Shown one piece after another: positions 51,649-64,000 of a stretch of 64,000 bases of DNA. The translations under genes were made by a program, and so were the position numbers. Under the pieces are notes generated by a model. The model saw nothing but the letters and a program-made list of their open reading frames with translations, did no database searches and was not told the DNA's origin. Positions within the stretch are counted from its first letter, which is position 1, and each line of letters opens with the position of its first letter. Source of the stretch: Squalus acanthias (Eukaryota); NCBI GenBank assembly GCA_030390025.1, contig CM059425.1, positions 169,820,001 through 169,884,000 on the forward strand, written 5' to 3'.

Positions 51649-52442
51649 GAGCTGGATTTTGTGAATGGAGATGTGCTGGAGGCGGGACTGCTGCTTGTCG
51701 GGTCTCAGTCCCGCCTCCATCATGTTCTGGCCAACCAGCGGGATTTTCCCCTGATTGACCTTGTTAAGCCCGTCCTGTGGGCTCAGCAGGCCAGTTAGGG
51801 GGAAGTCACTGACAGAGCACGTCAACGTCTGATATGCCATCTGTCAAGACTTCTTGAAAGAAGAAATGTCAGTGTTTGACAGCTCTGTCAAGCTGTCAAA
51901 CAATGACATTCTGTGTAGTTTGATGAGACTTTGTGTTCAGGACTCATCAAACCTTTCAATTTTGTAGAAAGTAGATGACTGTTGGTTCGGAGGATCCAAC
52001 AGCCAGTCTGTGAAATCTACAATGAAGATGTCGGGACTCCGGAACCACCGCGGCTGAAGGCTGTAGGCAGAAACAAAGGTAAGTGAACATTTTCTAACAC
52101 ATAACGCTCACCTCACATACTTACCACTCCACACTTGCACCCATCACTCACCTCTACATCTCACTTTCAGGCCCCTTCGACCCCCGCAGACCTCCTACTC
52201 GACTCCGCCAACGCGGCGGGGTTCTCCGAGGTCGGGAAGCCTTCACCTGAAAAGGTAAAATGGGACTAATCCTTTTTTCTGCCTCGAGGAGATGGGACCC
52301 GAAGCAGGACATCTTCTCGCCTCCTGGCAAAAGGGCATGGAGGTGGGATGGGGGCGGGTTTGCCATCCGCCCACACTTTCTGCAACTTTACCGGCAGTCC
52401 TGCCTCCATACCCGCCTCCTCGGGGCTGACAAAATCCAGCCC
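51649..52442 (+). mobile_element. Hairpin-cassette Harbinger element (copy D)
   Basis: TIRs gagctggattttg / caaaatccagccc, AAC TSD. Confidence 0.92.
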
Positions 52443-52472
52443 AACCTATCTATATCCCTTTGAAGACACTTT

Positions 52473-53316
52473 GGGCAGAATTTTCATTGAGCCGTGGAGG
52501 CGGGTTTGGAGGCGGGACTGGATTGAAAATAGCTGAATCAGCGGTCCCAACCCCATCCCGCCCCCAACCCGCCTCCATGCCAGTTTCGCTGGAGGCGGGT
52601 ACCCGACCTGTGCTGGGACCCGCCTCCCCGAGGCGGGAAGGGGATTAGTGGCAATAAACTGCCTGTTAACAGGTAGTTAACAGGCAGTTTTTTGCTTAAT
52701 CCCTATTTTTATGCCTGAAATGTGGGCTCTCCAACAGGTCCCAACCACGCCGTTTCAGCGAGGCGGGCCGTGGGTCTGCAGGGGTTGGAGGGGTCGATAT
52801 GTCCGGTGGGCAGGTGAGTGATAGGTGCATGTGTGCAGAGGTAAGTGTGTAAGGTAAGTGTAAAGTGTGGAAAAAAGTTTTACTTACCTTAACTTCCTTC
52901 TGCAGGTGTCAGCCCTTCAGGTCTCAGGAGTCAGAAATCTCACTGGCACAGAAAGCAGAATGGCCATTGAGCTGTCAAAAGCTGCAGCCTCTGCTTTTTG
53001 TTCTGCAGAGATCTCTAAATCAGCCTGAGAGGAAGGAATTAACTTAGAGTACAGATTGTCAGTGTTTGACAGCTTCAAGGAGCTGTCAAACACTGATATT
53101 TCATCTGTCAAAAGCTCTTGACAGATGAAATGTCAATCTGTGACGTCACCTGTTGCCGGGTGGCCCTTAATTGGCCTGCTGAGCCCGCTGGGCGGGCTCA
53201 ACAAGGTCAATCAAGTGAAAATACAATGGGTTGGCCACAAGTCAATGGAGGCGGGACTACAACCCAAAAAGTGGGAGTCCCGCCTCCATCCCGTCCCCAG
53301 TTTCAAAATCCAGCCC
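52473..53316 (-). mobile_element. Hairpin-cassette Harbinger element (copy E)
   Basis: TIRs gggcagaatttt / aaaatccagccc, TTT TSD. Confidence 0.92.
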
Positions 53317-55834
53317 TTTGTGTCCTCCTCACAACTTACTAACCCACCTATTTTTGTATCATCAGCAAATTTGGCTACATTACACTCGGTCCCTTCATCC
53401 AAGTCATTAATAGATTGTAAATAGTTGAGGCCCCAGCACTAATCCCCGTGGCACCCCACTAGTTACTGATTGCCAACCGGAAAATGACCCATTTATCCCG
53501 ACTCTCTGTTTTCTGTTAGTTAGCCAATTCCCTATCCATGCCAATATATTACCCCCAAACCCGTGCGCTCTTATCTTGTGCAGTAACCTTTTATGTGGCA
53601 TCTTATCGAATGCCTTCTGGAAATCCAAATACACTACATCTACTGGTTCCCCTTTATCCACCCTGTTTGTTACATCCTCAAAGAACTCTAGCAAATTTGT
53701 CAAACACGATTTCCCTTTCATAAAACCATGTTGACTCTGCTTGATTGTCTTATGATTTTCTAAATGTCCTGCTATTACCTCCTTAATAATGGAGTCCAAC
53801 ATTCTCCCAGTGATAGATGTTAGGCTAACTGGCCAATAGTTTCCTGCTTTCCGTCTCCCTCCTTTCTTGAATAGTGGCATTACATTTGCGGTTTTCCAAT
53901 CCACTGGGACCTCCCCAGAATCCAAGGAATTTTGGTAGATTACAACCAACGCATCCACTATCTCTGCAGCCACTTCTTTTAAGACCCTCGGATGCAGGCC
54001 ATCAGGTCCAGGGGACTTGTCAGCCTTTAGCCCCATTAGTTTGCCTAGTACTTTTTCTCTAGTGATAGAGATTGTTTTAAGTTCCTCCCTCCCTATAGCC
54101 CCTTGACTATCTATTATTATTGGGATGTGTTTAGTGTCTTCTACCGTGAAGACCGATCCAAAATAATTGTTTAGAGTCTCTGCCATTTCTCTATTTCCAA
54201 TTATTAATTCCCCAGTCTCATCCTCTAAGGGACCAACGTTTACTTTAGCTACTCTCTTCCTTTTTATATACCTGTAGAAGCTCTTACTGTCTGGTTTTAT
54301 ATTATTTGCTAGTTTATCTCATACTCTATCTTTTCCCTCTTTATAATATTTTTAGTCATCCTTTGCTGGTTTCTAAAAATTTCCCAACCCTCTGGCCTAC
54401 CACTAATCTTCGCAGCATTGTATGCCTTTTCTTTCAATTTGATACCATCCTTAACTTCCTTAGTTAGCCATGGATGGTGCATCCTTCTCGTAGAGCCTTT
54501 CTTTCTCACTGGAATATATCTTTGCTGAGATTTATGAAATATCTCCTTAAATGTCTGCCACTGCTGATCTACCGACTTACTCTTTAATCTATTTTCCCAG
54601 TCCACTTTAGCCAATTTTGTCCTCATACCCTTGTAATTGCCTTTATTTAAGTTTAGGACTCTAGTTTCAGACCCAAGTTTCTCACCCTCAAACTGAATTT
54701 GAAATTCTACCATGCTAAGATCACTCTTTCCTTGTTGATTCTTTACTATGAGATCATTAATTAATCCTGTCTCATTACACATTACCAGATCTAAAATAAC
54801 CTGCTCCCTGGTTGGTTCCTCAACGTATTGCTCTAAGAAACCATCCCGAATACACTCTATGAACTCGTCCTCAAGGCTACTCATGCCAATTTGATTTGTC
54901 CAATCTATAGATGATTAAAATCGCCCATGATTATTGCAGTACCTTTCTTACAAGCCCCCATTATTTCTTGATTTATACTCTGTCCTACAGTACAGCTACT
55001 GTTAGGGGGCCTATATACTACTCCCACCAGTGACTTCTTACCCTTACTATTTCTTATCTCCACCCAAACTGATTCTACATCTTGAGCTTCTGAGCCAATA
55101 TCATTCCTCACCACTGCAGTGATCTCATCCTTTATTAACAGAGCTACCCCACCTCCTTTTCCTTTCTGCCTATCCTTCCGAAATGTCAAATACCCCTGAA
55201 TATTCAGTTCCCAGCCTTGGTCACCTTGCAACCACGTCTCTGTAATGGCTATCAGATCATACCCATTTATTTCTATTTGTGCCGTCAACTCATCTAGCTT
55301 GTTACGAATGCTGCGTGCATTCAGGTAATGAGCCTTTAATTTTACCTTATCATTTTTCCTTACTCTGACTCTATTTTCTGGTGCACTCTTATGCTTGTAC
55401 ACTCTGCCCCTTCCTGATACATTCTGGTTATCGTTACCTGTTTCATTGCCCTGCACTATTGCCTTCTCCTTTCTCTTTGCCTTCCTAAGTACCCCTTAAC
55501 CTGAACACCTATCTTCTATTTCCAGCTTAGCTTTTCTCCCTTTTGATTCTACCCTCAGGTTCCCGTCCCCCTGCCAAGCTAGCAAAACCCCCCGCGAGGA
55601 TATTGGTCCCGTTCCCATTGAGGTGCAACCCGTCTGGCTTGTAGAGGTCCCACCTCCCCCAGAAATGGTTCCAATTTCTCAGGAATTTAAAGCCCTCCCT
55701 CCTACACCATCTCTCCAGCCACGCATTCATCTGCTCTATCTTCCTTTTTCTGTACTCACTAGCATGTGGCACTGGTAGTAATCCGGAGATTACTACCTTT
55801 GAGGTCCTGCTTTTTAACCTCTTTCCTAGCTCCC

Positions 55835-58800
55835 TGTCGTAAGAATGAGCCTTACGCGTGGTGAACTTAAAGTAAGCTTTAATCAACTAAAAAGGTGCTA
55901 CATACAAAAGAGGTCTTACTCTATGCCTCTCCAGGATCCAACTGATCAGCCCAGTATTTATCCTGGACTAATCACAGGAAGTGATGTAATAAAGTTCGAG
56001 TCACAGGAAGCTGTATTGTGTTACCACATTCTCCCCCCCCCAAAAGATTAGGAGGCCGGGATGAAGTTCGAGTCACAGGAAGCTGTATTGTGTTACCACA
56101 TTCTCCCTCCATTTCGTAGCCGCTGGACGAGGGAGAGCCGCACCCGTTTGGGTTCTCGTAGCGGTAGAGGGCCCCTAGCCCGTTTACCCGCCGCGGGCCG
56201 TGGACTAGAGTCCGAGTGATCCAGCCCGCTCTGTGAGGGGTCAGGACGATCCTGACTGTGTACTGGTGCCCGAACGGGTGTCGGGCAGGGCTGTGGCAGA
56301 TCCGTTTCCGAGCGTATGGTACGGGGTGGATCGTGGCTGCGCGTGCGAGCCCCGACTGGCTCATAGTCAGTCTGCCCCAGGTCGGCACGCTGGAGTGAGG
56401 TACCAGCCGGCGTCAGATCCAGATCATGATGAGAGGCACCTGGCGAGCCCAGAGATGTGCCTGGTACAATATCATCCCCTGGTGTCCCTCTATGTTTCGG
56501 CGGGCAGGGAGCCAGATCCCGCAATGACACGGTAGATTCCCGACCGTCAGGATACCGAATATAGGCGTAGGTAGGGTTGACGTCAGTGAGCTCAACCTCA
56601 TCTACCAGGGGGTCATTCTTAGACGCCCGAACATATCTTCGGAGTAGCACTGGTCCCGGTGCAGTCAGCCACGACGGGAGAGATATCCCATAGGATGAGC
56701 GACGCTGAAATCGGAAGAACCGTTCATGAGGCGTCGTATTTGTGGCGGTCAAAAGGAGGGACCGTGTGGAGTGTAATGCGTCTGGAAGTACTGCTTCCCA
56801 TTGCTGGTTGGGTAGGCCCCGAGATCTCAAAGCCAGACGTACCGCATTCCAGATGATAGCGTTAAAACGCTCGACTTGCCCATTCCCGACCGGATGATAA
56901 GGCGTCGTTCTGCTGGCAGCAATACCCCGTTCCGAGAGATAGGCCTTGAGTTCTCCTGACATAAAAGAAGGGCCCCGATCCGAATGAACATAGGATGCCA
57001 TGCCACAGAAAGCAAATACCTGCTCAAGGCAGCTGATAACCGTGGTCATCAGCATATTGGGGCAGGGAAAGGCAAATGGAAAACGGGAATACTCATCGAC
57101 CATGGTCAATAGATAAGTGTTGCGAGTTGAAGAGGGCAACGGCCCCTTAAATTCGATGCTAAGCCGTTGCATTGGCTGGGTCGCATGTATGAGTATACCA
57201 CCCGAGGGGCGGAAAAACTGAGGTTTCAATTCCACACAGACTCTGCAGTCCGAGCACATCTTCTTTACATCCCCGGTAGAGAATGGGAGATTTCGGGACC
57301 GCACGAAGTGTAGCATGCGAGTAACGCCCGGATGACACAACCCATCATGGATGTCTACGAGCGTAGAGGGTGCCATGGCGGAGCAGAATGCTCGTGTGAG
57401 GGTATCAGGAGCCACATTCTCCTTGCCAGGTCGATAGTGGATGGTGTAACCAAAAGAGGCCAATTCCAGCCGCCAAAGCTGGATTTTATTATTTTTAATT
57501 TTGGTCCGTTTTTGATTATCGAGCATGAAGGCGACCGATCGCTGGTCCGTGATTAAGGTAAAGTGCTGGCGAGCTAGGAGATGAGTCCACTTCCGTACTG
57601 CCTCTATGATGGCTGTAGCTTCTTTCTCGACTGGAGGATAATGTAGCTCAGCCCCTTGAAAAGTCCTGGACAAAAATGCCACCGGACGACCTTCCTGATT
57701 CAGAGTGGCCGAGATCGCCACCTCCGAGGCATCACACTCAACAACAAAAGGAAGACTCTCATCGATGGAGTGAAGAGCCGCTTTCTCCAACTGTTTTTTC
57801 AGGAGGTTAAAGGCTGCAACAGCCGCTGTGTCTAGTGGGAATGTGCTGGCCTTCAGTAGAGGTTGGATTCGGTCCGAGAAGTTAGGAATCCATTTAGCAT
57901 AGTATGCAAACAGGCCGAGGGCCCGGCGCAAGGAGGCCGGATTCTTAGGTGGCGGGAGTTCTTGGAGTGGGCGAAGCCTTTCAGGGTCAGGTTTAATGAT
58001 GCCATTGCCCACACAATAGCCAAGGATGTTGATGGTTGGTTGTGACTCAATGGATTTAGCCGCATTTAATGTCAAATTACGGTGCTGGAGTGCATCCCAA
58101 AATCGTTGGAGATTGGCGTCATGTTCCCGCTGATTGCGACCTGCGACAGTAATATTGTCCAGATAAGGAAACGTATCCTTTAAGTCTTCCTGTTTGACCA
58201 GGTCATCCATTGCTCGCTGGAAGACAGCCACTCCATTAGTGACCCCAAAGGGGAGGCGACGAAATTGATACAGCCGTCCATTGGCTTCAAAGGCCGTATA
58301 CTGCTTGTCTGAGACCTTCAAGGGTACCTGATGATAGGCACTTTTCAGATCATATGTTGAGAACACCGTGTACTCAGCCAGTTTATTAACCATATCATCG
58401 ATGCGCGGCAATGGGTATGCGTCCAAGTCAGTATATTGATTGATGGTCTGTGACTAGTCAATGCACAGCCGTTTCTTGTGAGGTTGTAGAGGGTTCTTAA
58501 CAATAACGACCTGGGCGCGCCATGGCGACGAACAAGGCTCGATGATATCCTCTGCTAAAAGCCGAGAAATCTCAACCGCAATAAAAGACTGGTCTTCCTG
58601 ACTGAAACGTCGTGACTTTGTTATAATCGGTTTGCATCGAGGAGGGATACTGGTAAACAGTGAGGGTTCATCCAGTGAAGCTGCTGACAATGCACAGAAT
58701 GGTAATCGAGGTCGTATATTAGAAATAGTGAGTTCAGGTTTGGATCCGCCGAACTCAATGGTGAGCTTCTTATGCTGCTTTTGAAAATCTAGCCCTAAGA

Positions 58801-60315
58801 TAAGATCACTACATAAGTCCTTGAGCACCGAAAGCCGGGTGGAGGGATACCTGTGACCATTAAGTGTTATTTCAACCATACAAAAGCCAGAAATTCTGGT
58901 ATTAAGTGATGACTGAGCCATCGCAATTGCCTGGTCCGATGGGAAAACATGTAGCTTTAACTCTGCAACAATCTGTTCCCTAATGAAACTATCAGTGCTA
59001 CCTGAGTCAATTAAGGCATCTAAAGTATGTCCATTAATTGATGCTTTTGTAGCTGCATGGACTAGGTTCTGAGGACAAGTAGCTGTAATTGGTGTCGTTG
59101 CACAAAGAGTGGCTGAAACTCTAGGTGTGTTTCTTCGAGAGAAAACCCGAGAGGAAGCACGATAGATTTTAGCCGGAACATCTTGATAGGCCCTTACCGG
59201 GGCAGTTCGATAGGACTTAGCTTGATAAGCCCTCGTAGAGGCTCTTGATAGGCAAACCTTTGCAAAATGACCCTTTTTGTTGCAATGACTGCAAAACGCA
59301 TTGCGAGCAGGGCAGAATTTCCGAGGGTGAAACTCATCACCACAAAAGAAGCATTTCTTAGATTGCCAAGAGGCTGCCACAGTGGGGTCATCATCCTCTT
59401 CATCAGTGAAGTCATCAGATTGATCGTCAGGGATAAAGTCCTCCCTAATAGAGTTCACCTGTGGCCTCTTAAATTGCCTGACTGTAGTTAAGGCAGCAGA
59501 CCGAGGTCTGGGCACTGTATAAAGGTCTGCATTTCTTTTTGCCAGATCTAGAGAGCAAGCCATGTCATAAGCTCTCTGAAGCTCAAGTGTCTTACTTTCC
59601 AGTAGACGCTGGCGTATAAATGGGGAGGCAAGCCCGCAGATGAAAGCATCACGGATCATTTCTTCACGGTACAGCTCAGCTGAGGCCGCCTGAAAGTTAC
59701 AGTCCATACTAAGTCTGCGAAGCTCTTGGAGGAATTTATCAATGGATTCCACCGGCCCTTGTTGGGCTGTAGCTAGTAGATGTCTGGCATAGACCTCATT
59801 CGGTGTCTTAGTATATAGTCTTTTAAGCGTCCGAATTGCCTCCTCGTAACTGCCCCATTCCTCGACATACTGAAATACATTCGGGGTGACACAGTTGATG
59901 AGTATCCGCAATTTTGAGTCATCATCAACCTTGCAATATTCGAGAAAATTGTCAAACGTGCGATACCAGTGTTTCCACACCTTACCGGCTGCTGGGGTGT
60001 TTGGGTCCAAGTCAAGACGCGATGGTTTAAGGATGTTTTCCATGATGGGTGATTCCCTGGATCCTTAGTTCCGAGTTCGTCCAAAAAGTTTGAGTGCGAA
60101 GTTTTTCAAAGTTGATTAAATTGTCGTAAGAATGAGCCTTACGCGTGGTGAACTTAAAGTAAGCTTTAATCAACTAAAAAGGTGCTACATACAAAAGAGG
60201 TCTTACTCTATGCCTCTCCAGGATCCAACTGATCAGCCCAGTATTTATCCTGGACTAATCACAGGAAGTGATGTAATAAAGTTCGAGTCACAGGAAGCTG
60301 TATTGTGTTACCACA
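55835..60315 (-). mobile_element. Full-length Ty3/Gypsy LTR retrotransposon
   Basis: 194-bp LTRs at 55835-56028 and 60122-60315 (TG..CA, no difference seen by eye), CTCCC TSD, PPT. Confidence 0.97.
56093..60043 (-). pseudogene. Single-frame Gag-PR-RT-RH-IN polyprotein with one TAG at 58454
   Basis: CCHC knuckles, LIDSGST, YLDN, CDAS, HHCC zinc finger, SDRG..VERFN. RLCID*SQTIN continues in frame. Confidence 0.93.
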
Positions 60316-60516
60316 CTCCCTAAACTCTGCCTGCAGGACCTCATCCCTCTTTCTACCTATGTCGTTGGTACCGATATGGACCACGACCTCTGGCTGTTCA
60401 CCCTCCCCCCTCAGAATGCCCTGCAGCCGTTCAGTGACATCCTTGACCCTGGAACCAGGGAGGCAACATACCATCCTGGAGTCACATCTGTGGCCGCAGA
60501 AACACCTGTCTGCTTC

Positions 60517-61529
60517 TGAAGGAATAAACTATATAACCTTTTTAGAAAAATACACTATCTTATGAAAGAATTCTGGCCTTGTTGAGATAAGACAGTTATT
60601 GACTCTGAATAAATAATCTTATTAAAACAGAAGAATGGGCGGCTCCAAATGGGTGGCCTTGTTGGAACAGAACAATGGTCAACCCTGGATAAATGATCTT
60701 GATTAAACCTCTTAAAGATGATACATGAGATAAGGGACATCGGCCCTTCACACCTATATGGTAAACTCCCAATAACTATTGCTGATGTGGCAGTAAGAAT
60801 TGCAGAGGTCAGCAGAAAGATGAATAGTGATAATTAACTTGGATCAACAGAAACCTTATGGAATACAACTGAAAAAGGGTATAAATATTGAAGTGTCAAA
60901 TGAGATATCAGACTCGCTTTAATCGGGCAAAGCAATTCTCGACTACAGAGGCGGTTCTGTAGTCTTCCACTCTTTGTACCTCGGGGATCGAAGGTAATTT
61001 GATATTGATGGATATCCTGTATAGAAAATTTTAAGAACTGTAATACTGTAGCGAAGTTAAGATTTAAAAGTAAGATTCTCTGTTAAAAATAAGATCGTAT
61101 TTTTTCTCTTTTTAGAACTGTTAACATTGCGATTGACTGATTCACCAACTGTAAATTGCATGTCGGTTCTTTTAATAAATCTCTATATATTTTTAGAATT
61201 GTCTCACATAAGTCATCTGTATCAATAACTCACGAACCCAACCTCTGTACACTCTTTGGTGAAGAGTTACAATTCTGAGGGGAGATCTCCGGACCCTCAT
61301 AATATCCAGGACGTTACAGTCTGGCTAAACTTATTAAAAGTGCTATCTGGAGGACGGTAACATTCTCGGGGAACTCCTTTCCTTTAGGAAGAGATAGCCC
61401 GGACCTTTAGACCCAGTTAAGCGTCTTTAGGATTCGGCTACCTCAACCTTTAGTTGAAAGTGAACATCTGAGAAATACGCCTGATCTGGGATAGCCCCAA
61501 AGGGGCTAGGACAAGTAAATATCCTTTCA
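60517..61529 (+). mobile_element. Solo LTR, 1013 bp
   Basis: TGAAGGA..TCCTTTCA termini, 6-bp TSD tgcttc/tgctcc, TATAAA at ~60879, AATAAA at ~61174. Interrupts CR1 ORF1. Confidence 0.85.
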
Positions 61530-62533
61530 TGCTCCCCTAACTATTGAATCCCCTACCACTATTGCTCTCCCTCTCCTCTTCCCCCCTCCTGTGCAGCGGA
61601 GCCTTCCATGGTGCTGTGGACTTGGCTCTGGCTGCACTCCCCAGAGGAACCATCGCCCTCACCAGTACTCAGCACCGAATACTGGTTGGTGAGCAAGATG
61701 GGATCAGGGGACTCCTGCACTACCTGCCTGGTCCTCCTCTTCTGTCTGGCGGTCACCCATTCCCTCTCCGCCTGCACATTCTTAAGCTGCGGGGTGACCA
61801 CCTCCTGAAATGTGCTATCCACGTAGCTCTCAGCCTCGCGGATGCACAGCAGTGACTGCAGCCGCTGCTCAAGCTCCGTAACCCGGTGCTCGAGCTGCTG
61901 TAGCTGGTGACACTTCCCGTACATGTGGTCGTCCAGACCACGGGAGGTGTCCAGGACTTCTCCCATTGCACAGGATGAGCATTCCACGGGTGTGAGCTGC
62001 CCTGCCATACCTCTACTTAACAGACTATTTACTAACCTAGCTGGAATAAACTTAAAACTTTAAGAAAGCCAAGTATAAACATTTACCAGCTACTCACCAA
62101 TCAGCTCCCTCCCCTTGTGCCGACGCCACTTTTTGACTTCAAACGTCAATATTTCAAAATTCTGCCGGTGCTGAGTTGGTACCACCACCTCGCCGCTCCT
62201 CCCAGGTCCGCTCTGTCGCCGCCGCTGCTGTGAATCTTTGGAATTCTCTACCCCAAAGGGCTGTGGATGCTGAATCGTTGAGTATATTCAAAGCTGAGAT
62301 AGATAGAATTTTGGATTCTTGGGGAATCAAGGGATATTGGGATCGGGCGGGAATGTGGAGTTGAGGTCAAAGATCAGCCATGATCTTATTGAATGGCAGA
62401 GCAGGCTCGAGGGGCCGTATAGCCTACTGCTACTCCTAATTCTTATGTTGTTATGAGGATGGAAAGAGGCATCAAGGTCGTTTAATATTTTACAAAAGCA
62501 AACTACTGTGGAGGTTGGAAATCTGAAAAAGAA

Positions 62534-62620
62534 ACGAAAGGTCATCGACCTAAAACGTGAACTCTGTTTCCCTCTCCACAAATGTTGCCTGACCTGCTGA
62601 GTATTTCCAGCAATTTCTGC
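62534..62620 (+). repeat. Penelope-type hammerhead repeat remnant
   Basis: aggtcatcgacc-taaaacgtgaactctgttt, matching 24305. Confidence 0.6.
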
Positions 62621-63047
62621 AGTTCAATATTTTCTTCAGTTTTGGGATTTTGGCTGTAGATATAAAACTCGCCCTCTAGCCTAATGGAGTAATTTGTTTA
62701 TTTCATAATTGTAGTGTGACTAAGTTGGCAATGCATTCCGGGAGGTTTCATCACATGACCTCTTGCCTCCAACTACCTCGCCCCCACGCTCCCACCATTG
62801 TTCACCCGGCACGCCATCCTTGTGGTCCATCACATTCTCACGGCAAAAGGAACAGACTCTTTGGCCCTGATAGTAATGCGGCTATGGGGTTGGAGCGGTG
62901 TGGGGGGGTGGGGGTGCGGGGGGGCGGGCGGAGGGGTGGAGAGAGTATTAATATCGAGGCCCTTGTTTCCTGATTGGATGATTCTTAACTATCAGTCAAA
63001 CAATCCTGTTTTCCATCTCCAATATTTTTTTTAACTAATAAATGAAA

Positions 63048-63761
63048 GGGCTCGATTTTGCCAGGCCCAAGGAGGTGGGAATGGAGGCGTGTGGGGTGTT
63101 AAAATTGCAAAAAATGGCAGGCGGGCCTGACCCCGCTGCCGAGCAATTTTCCCAAATGCGTGGTTTCTGATCCCGTCTCGCCTCCAAGAGGCGGGATAGG
63201 CCTTTAACAACCACTTAATTGCCTCTATAATCCCATTTTGAGAGGCCTTTCTGATTTTAACACTTTTCCGACGTGATGCACGCCTCCTCTGAAACACGAC
63301 GGTGAAACCTGGCGGTAGCACACTTGGATTGCTGACTATCAGCTGCAGGTCCACCATTATGAAGGAGATTTGATCAATCATCATTCTGGGGGAACTTTTA
63401 GCAGTCATAACCATTGTTGTGGAAGTTTGGAGCAGGGGTGGTGGTGGTGGTGGTGGCGGTGGCGGTATCTGGGAGCAGACTTAGGTCTCCTGCTGCTCAT
63501 TTTGCCTCCAGGTCCCTCTCACAGCAAAGGCCAAAAGGTTGGCAGTCTTTGCAGACCTTCAATGCAGCAGCAATGATGACATCATCAGAGGCGACTTTCA
63601 GACTGAAAAAACTAATTGGGTCATGGGTTCCCACATGCTGGAACTCAATTGCCCAATTAGGGGAAAATCGAATAATTCTCCCACATCCAATTGGAGTCGG
63701 GTGGCTAACACGAAAAGTGGATGACACGACCCCAGCCCACCCCAATGACAAAATCGAGCCC
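63048..63761. mobile_element. Non-autonomous Harbinger deletion derivative
   Basis: Perfect TIRs gggctcgattttg / caaaatcgagccc, AAA TSD. Right end resembles 44044-44230. Confidence 0.9.
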
Positions 63762-64000
63762 AAAGTGTTCAAAGCACAAGTAGAAAAACACCCAATTTTT
63801 TTTAATACACCTAGGATTTTTTTCTCGGTTTGCACGCAGCAGAAATTAATCTTTAATTCCTGGAGACCCCAAAACAATGCCTGAGAGCTGGCAAATGTAT
63901 GTGTGGCTGACTGATGAACACTTTTGTTGGATGTGAGCGAAGATTTTACATATTTTAATGAGCCATTTTCCCTTTTAGTGGACTTGCTGTGTGCCCCATA

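Larger units (their letters stand above)
50797..62229 (-). mobile_element. Full-length CR1 LINE (~4.3 kb net) with four nested insertions
   Basis: ORF1 from 62008 (Cys-rich, zipper, SGNH esterase HIGTND..DGLHLN). ORF2 from ~55456 (YLNARS, ETW, GDFN, RT). (gaacataa)n tail. Confidence 0.93.

Noticed and set aside
58454..58456. TAG as programmed gag-pol readthrough
   Set aside because: It lies inside the RT motif RLCIDY, downstream of the protease, so a nonsense mutation fits better.

Overview
Vertebrate genomic DNA made almost entirely of nested transposable elements. The CR1 and DeuSINE types suggest a cartilaginous fish (inference). No host gene could be supported. The window holds: several PIF/Harbinger DNA transposons with convergent transposase and 3-exon Myb/SANT genes, one (19420-23636) with an intact transposase; a family of ~0.8-kb non-autonomous Harbinger elements; many CR1 LINEs, one full-length; an L2 fragment; two solo LTRs; a very young Ty3/Gypsy element; and Penelope pieces with hammerhead ribozymes. 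Two leads stand out. First, the non-autonomous Harbinger elements keep an ordered CCAAT/CRE - four hairpins - splice donor cassette whose stems change sequence but stay paired between copies. Second, the Gypsy element has no tRNA primer site and instead has an 11-nt inverted repeat consistent with self-priming, plus a duplicated PPT/U3 end.
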